This document shows positions 53,835 through 57,374 of a DNA stretch of 57,374 nt, one piece after another. A model generated the notes under the pieces. That model was not told the origin of the DNA. It did no database searches and was given only the letters and a program-made list of their open reading frames with translations. The stretch covers positions 1 to 57,374 of the forward strand of contig DROX01000012.1 of assembly GCA_011321725.1 (NCBI GenBank), read 5' to 3'. The position numbers and the translations under genes are program-made. Source of the DNA: Nitrospirota bacterium. GTDB lineage: Bacteria; Nitrospirota; Thermodesulfovibrionia; Thermodesulfovibrionales; JdFR-85. Position 1 is the first letter of the stretch; each line of letters opens with the position of its first letter.

Positions 53835-55406
53835 ATGGAATGTATTGAAACAGACTTTCTTGTAATCGGGAGCGGTGTTGCAGGCCTGAGGGCCGCTATC
53901 GAGCTTTCAGATGCTGGCAATGTACTTGTGGTTACAAAGGATGTCATGAAGGAGTCAAGCACCGAGTATGCACAGGGGGGTGTGGCAGCAGCACTGAGCG
54001 ATGAGGACGAGGTGGGCATCCACTACTCTGATACAATAAAGGCAGGGGATGGACTCTGCAGAGAGGAGGCTGTAAGGGTTCTTGTTGAAGAAGGTCCGGA
54101 TCGGATAATGGAACTCATCCAGTGGGGTGCTGAGTTTGACAAGAAAGGAACAAAGCTTGATTTCACCCTTGAGGCTGCCCATTCAAGAAGGAGGGTGCTT
54201 CATGCGCATGGGGACTCCACGGGCAGGGAGATTGAACGTGTACTGATAAATAAAATAACAAATATGGGTAACATCAGCAGGTTTCCCTTTGCAATGGGTG
54301 TTGACCTTATTGTAGATGACAGGGGATGTGTGGGTGCTGTGGTGATACGTGATAACCAGCCGGTCATGATTCTTTCCCGTGCAACCCTGCTTGCCACTGG
54401 CGGTGCAGGCCAGATATTCCAGAGGACAACGAACCCGGCCGTTACTACCGGTGATGGTATGGCCATGGCCTTCAGGGTGGGTGCCTTTCTTGAAAACATG
54501 GAGTTTGTACAGTTTCATCCCACCGCACTCTTTTATCCAGGCGCCCCACAGTTTCTTCTAAGCGAGGCAATGAGGGGTGAGGGCGGCATACTGAAGAACA
54601 TCAAGGGAGAAAGTTTCATGAAAAACTATCACCCCGATGGTGAACTTGCCCCAAGAGATGTGGTCTCAAGGGCGATAATATCAGAGATGGTAAAAACAAA
54701 GGCCTCTCATGTCTATCTTGATCTGACCCATCTTGACAGCGACTTTATCAAGCAAAGATTCCCCAGGATCTATTCCACATGCCTGAGCTTTGGAATTGAC
54801 ATCACAAGTGAGATGATACCGGTATCACCTGCTGCCCATTATTTCATGGGTGGTGTAAAGACAGACATCCAGGGAAGAACTAATATACCGGGCCTCTATG
54901 CTGCAGGAGAGGTTGCATCCACAGGGGTACATGGCGCAAACAGGCTTGCCAGTAACAGCCTTCTTGAAGGGCTTGTGTACGGAAAGAGGGCAGGGGAGGC
55001 AGCCAGGGAGAGGGCCTCCACGCCTCTGTCAAGGCCATCCCATAATCTTGAGATCAAATTCTCTGTTCTGGATAAGGCAGAGCGGTACAGGGAAAGGATA
55101 AGAAGGATTATGTGGGAGAGGGCAGGAATCATCAGGTGTAACGAATCACTTGAGACCGCAAGGAGGACACTGGCAGAGATAAAGGGTCTGCTAAAGGGAA
55201 ACTACCAGGACAGATCTGCCCTTGAGGTTAAAAACATGCTACACTGTTCACTGGTGATAGTGGAATCAGCCCTTCAGAGACGCTGTAGCATCGGTGCCCA
55301 TTACAGATCAGATTATCCTGGAAAAGATGGTTGTTTCTACAACTCCGTAGCTAAAGCTGAAAAAGAGGTGGAGATAGTCATTGAGAGGAAAGAGGTGAAA
55401 AGATGA
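53835..55406 (+). CDS. nadB: L-aspartate oxidase
   Basis: DFLVIGSGVAGL FAD fold, YAQGGVAA, HPTAL and GLYAAGEVASTGVHGANRLASNSLLE. The frame is open from TTG 53799, but that TTG is the -35 box of the promoter above. MECIETDFLVIGSG matches the usual N-terminus. Confidence 0.9.
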   Translation: MECIETDFLVIGSGVAGLRAAIELSDAGNVLVVTKDVMKESSTEYAQGGVAAALSDEDEVGIHYSDTIKAGDGLCREEAVRVLVEEGPDRIMELIQWGAEFDKKGTKLDFTLEAAHSRRRVLHAHGDSTGREIERVLINKITNMGNISRFPFAMGVDLIVDDRGCVGAVVIRDNQPVMILSRATLLATGGAGQIFQRTTNPAVTTGDGMAMAFRVGAFLENMEFVQFHPTALFYPGAPQFLLSEAMRGEGGILKNIKGESFMKNYHPDGELAPRDVVSRAIISEMVKTKASHVYLDLTHLDSDFIKQRFPRIYSTCLSFGIDITSEMIPVSPAAHYFMGGVKTDIQGRTNIPGLYAAGEVASTGVHGANRLASNSLLEGLVYGKRAGEAARERASTPLSRPSHNLEIKFSVLDKAERYRERIRRIMWERAGIIRCNESLETARRTLAEIKGLLKGNYQDRSALEVKNMLHCSLVIVESALQRRCSIGAHYRSDYPGKDGCFYNSVAKAEKEVEIVIERKEVKR

Positions 55407-56836
55407 AAAGGGCAAAGATAATAGCAACCATGGGCCCGGCATCAGAGGATGAAAGGGTTCTTCTTTCCATGACAGATGCGGGGTTTGATGTGGCAAGACT
55501 GAACTTCTCCCACTCAGATCATGAGAAACATCATGAGTACTTCAACAGGATAAGAAAGACAGGCCTCGTTAAAGAAAGAGCACTGGCAGTGCTCCAGGAT
55601 CTGCAGGGCATAAAGATAAGGGTCACAGATGTAGCAGAGGGTGCAATAGCCCTTAAGAAAAGACAGCGGATCCTCCTCAGGCCTGGTACAGACATGACAG
55701 AGCCCGGCATTGTCTATATAACATATCCAAATCTTCTCAGGGATATAAAGCCAGGGCACAGGGTGCTCTTTGATGATGGGCTCATTGAGGTGGTTGTAAA
55801 GAGAAAGATAAAAGGCTCCCTTGAGGCGGTTGTGAAGGAAGGCGGGATATTGAAGAGCAAAAAGGGTGTAAACCTGCCTGATAGCAGGATAACCCTCAGC
55901 CCCTTTACAGACAAGGACCGAGACGACCTTGACTTTGGATTAAAGATCGGTGTGGATTATGTTGCCCTTTCCTTTGTGATGACAGAGAGAGAGATAATAC
56001 GTGTTAAGGAGTACATGCATTCCCGGGGAATCTCCCGTCCGGTTATCGCAAAGATTGAAAAACCTGAGGCACTGGATCATATAGAGAAGATACTTGATGA
56101 GGCTGATGGGATAATGATTGCAAGAGGTGACCTTGGTGTTGAGATCCCCACAGAGGAGGTACCCCTTGTCCAGAAGAAACTGATTTCCCTGGCAAATGCC
56201 AGGGGAAAGCTTGTAATTGTGGCCACCCAGATGCTTGAATCCATGCGTGAACACACAAGACCCACAAGGGCAGAGGCAACAGATGTCTCAAACGCAGTAA
56301 TTGACGGCGCTGATGCCCTGATGTTGTCAGCAGAGACATCAACCGGACTCTATCCGGTGGAGTCTGTCAGGATGATGCGCCGCATAATTGAGACAACGGA
56401 ACGGGAGAGCCTGAGAAACAGGACACACAGAGACCAGCTTCGTGACTATTTCAACAGATCGGAAGACCTGATCAGCTTTGCAACCGCTGATGCAGCAGTG
56501 GGTGCATCAGAGGATGTGGGTGCTAAGTGTATAGTGGCCTTTACGGCATCAGGATTCACAGCAAGACTTGTGTCCAAGTGCAGACCAAAGGTGCCCATAA
56601 TCGCCTTCACACCCAATGAGAACGTCTACAGGAGCATGTCACTCTACTGGGGTGTGCATCCCTTTGTAATGGAGAGGCTTGAAAGTATTGATGAGATGCT
56701 TCGGGAGGTGGAAAAGTTTCTAATCCAGAAGAAGATCGTTCGGAGAAACGATGTGGTGGTTATTGTGGCCGGCTCACCACTGCTTGTACACGGAAAGACA
56801 AACTTCATGAAGATCCATGTCATAGGCAGTGGGTGA
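55403..56836 (+). CDS. pyk: Pyruvate kinase
   Basis: 477 aa. KIIATMGPAS, ARLNFSHS, IAKIEKPEAL, MIARGDLGVEIP and VATQMLESM. ATGA overlap with nadB. Confidence 0.95.
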   Translation: MKRAKIIATMGPASEDERVLLSMTDAGFDVARLNFSHSDHEKHHEYFNRIRKTGLVKERALAVLQDLQGIKIRVTDVAEGAIALKKRQRILLRPGTDMTEPGIVYITYPNLLRDIKPGHRVLFDDGLIEVVVKRKIKGSLEAVVKEGGILKSKKGVNLPDSRITLSPFTDKDRDDLDFGLKIGVDYVALSFVMTEREIIRVKEYMHSRGISRPVIAKIEKPEALDHIEKILDEADGIMIARGDLGVEIPTEEVPLVQKKLISLANARGKLVIVATQMLESMREHTRPTRAEATDVSNAVIDGADALMLSAETSTGLYPVESVRMMRRIIETTERESLRNRTHRDQLRDYFNRSEDLISFATADAAVGASEDVGAKCIVAFTASGFTARLVSKCRPKVPIIAFTPNENVYRSMSLYWGVHPFVMERLESIDEMLREVEKFLIQKKIVRRNDVVVIVAGSPLLVHGKTNFMKIHVIGSG

Positions 56837-56925
56837 TTATGATAACTGGAAGCATCTTTTGATTTACCCTACAATATCATTACCCTGCCAGAAATTTCCT
56901 GCGGCCCTTGTAGGAATATTCTGAT

Positions 56926-56953
56926 TTACAAAACAACAACTTTTGTGTATAAT
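56926..56953 (+). promoter_or_regulatory. Sigma-70 promoter TTACAA-N16-TATAAT driving a long structured leader
   Basis: TTACAA at 56926-56931 and TATAAT at 56948-56953. The predicted TSS is near 56960, about 240 nt upstream of ATG 57199. Confidence 0.45.
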
Positions 56954-56964
56954 CTGGCAAAAGA

Positions 56965-57055
56965 AATAAGCCAGCGAAAGGGTAAAGCCAGGGCAACGTG
57001 GTGACACAAAGCCACCTGTCCTGAAGCTTTTAAAGGATAGAGGGGCTGTCGAACT
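56965..57055 (+). ncRNA. Candidate GEMM-I-like (c-di-GMP-I class) riboswitch aptamer
   Basis: CAGC(56972-75)...GCTG(57045-48) forms the closing stem. GGGTAAAGCC is followed by a hairpin capped by the GNRA loop GCAA (CCAGG-GCAA-CGTGG), then TGACACAAAGCCACCTGTCC. Compare the canonical GGCAAACC-[GNRA hairpin]-GACGCAAAGCC-[P2]. A second hairpin is CCTGTCCT...AGGATAGAGG. Two core positions deviate from consensus, so this is tentative. Confidence 0.35.
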
Positions 57056-57074
57056 GTCATTAAGCGGTCAAGGA

Positions 57075-57105
57075 AAGCCTACCCTTTCGGGGGTGGGCTT
57101 TTTTG
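57075..57105 (+). terminator. Intrinsic terminator in the leader (putative riboswitch expression platform)
   Basis: Stem aagcctaccc(57075-84) / gggtgggctt(57091-100) with one G-U pair and loop tttcgg, followed by a T6 tract. It lies 94 nt upstream of the ATG. Confidence 0.7.
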
Positions 57106-57198
57106 ATGGAACGCTTAGATCTGAAGAAGAATTAGAGGGTAGTTCAGTATCAACAGAGGACGGGATACAAGGAAAATAGACTAACAGGAGGGAGACAT

Positions 57199-57374
57199 AT
57201 GAGAGCTGTTTACAGGGGGATTCTTATAGCAGTCATACTTTTTTCAGGCTTTCTATTTTTTAATAAACCTGCCATAACAGACACCGAGACACCGGGCATT
57301 ACACTTAATGGCAGGCCTTCAGATATAGCCATAGAACCGGAAACAGACATAGCAGTAATCCCGACAGAGAAAAA
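57199..57374 (+). CDS. Truncated 5' part of a signal-anchored/secreted protein (runs off the window)
   Basis: SD AGGAGGGAG lies 6 nt upstream. MRAVYRGILIAVILFSGFLFF is a signal or TM segment, followed by PGITLNGRPSDIAIEPETDIAV, which looks like a beta-propeller-repeat segment. No stop before the window end. Confidence 0.45.
   Translation, partial: MRAVYRGILIAVILFSGFLFFNKPAITDTETPGITLNGRPSDIAIEPETDIAVIPTEK

Noticed and set aside
1-57374. Search for CRISPR arrays, IS elements/transposases, integrases, prophage genes, toxin-antitoxin pairs, rRNA, and tmRNA / RNase P / SRP RNA
   Set aside because: No spaced direct-repeat array was seen. No ORF carries DDE, tyrosine- or serine-recombinase motifs or phage structural motifs. 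The tRNA-Val is not flanked by an integrase or a repeated tRNA 3' end. No intergenic region is long enough for rRNA. This was a by-eye scan only and is not exhaustive.

Overview
This is a densely coding chromosomal segment: about 56 CDS, one tRNA-Val, and no rRNA, CRISPR array, transposase, integrase or phage gene that I could recognise. The host makes LPS (lpxB, msbA, waaA). The gene mix (archaeal-type apgM, ADP-forming acetyl-CoA synthetase, TatD/radical-SAM fusion, many sigma-54 activators) suggests an anaerobic Nitrospirota or Deltaproteobacteria-like lineage, but that is inference only.

Layout, left to right:
- 1-440: gene-free edge with microsatellite-like repeats and hairpins.
- 0.4-4.8 kb: apgM, TatD-radical SAM fusion, hemY, DUF465.
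- 4.9-8.7 kb (minus strand): MoxR / DUF58 / transglutaminase triad.
- 8.7-11.9 kb (minus strand): DRTGG protein plus ADP-forming acetyl-CoA synthetase.
- 12.1-19.5 kb: GYD, TusA, lytic transglycosylase, then a translationally coupled run nadA-rimO-S2P protease-lpxB-msbA.
- 19.6-22.9 kb: HEAT-repeat protein plus HD-GYP protein, convergent with waaA.
- 24-27.5 kb: DUF401, OmpR-type two-component pair, tRNA-Val.
- 27.7-41 kb: a sigma-54 two-component system and an ion/anion transport island. It holds a USP-like protein, a DASS transporter with RCK_C domains, tandem USP, DUF1634-TauE, CBS-ArsB/NhaD, ktrBA and a second ArsB/NhaD paralog.
- 41.3-51.2 kb: an orphan NtrC-type activator followed by a sigma-54-promoted chemosensory operon (STAS-MCP-cheY-cheA-cheW-MCP-cheR-cheD-cheB).
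- 51.2-56.8 kb: RsmB-like methyltransferase, DsbC-like protein with a CXXCH motif, CooT, DUF3842, nadB-pyk.
- 56.9-57.4 kb: promoter, candidate c-di-GMP-I-like riboswitch, terminator and a truncated envelope-protein gene.

Best leads:
1. A shared GTTGCA-N3-TGCAAC palindrome links the 27.7-kb two-component operon to a downstream sigma-54 promoter.
2. Tandem CTATGGA inverted repeats plus a sigma-54 promoter sit in front of the chemosensory operon.
3. The HEAT and HD-GYP proteins share an N-terminal domain.
4. A transporter island is loaded with adenine-nucleotide / c-di-AMP-type regulatory modules and bracketed by about 1.37-kb direct-repeat paralogs.
5. A GEMM-I-like leader lies at the right edge.
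6. Several near-consensus promoters imply leaderless mRNAs.

Nothing was computed. All homology calls rest on motif recognition by eye and need HMM or BLAST confirmation.
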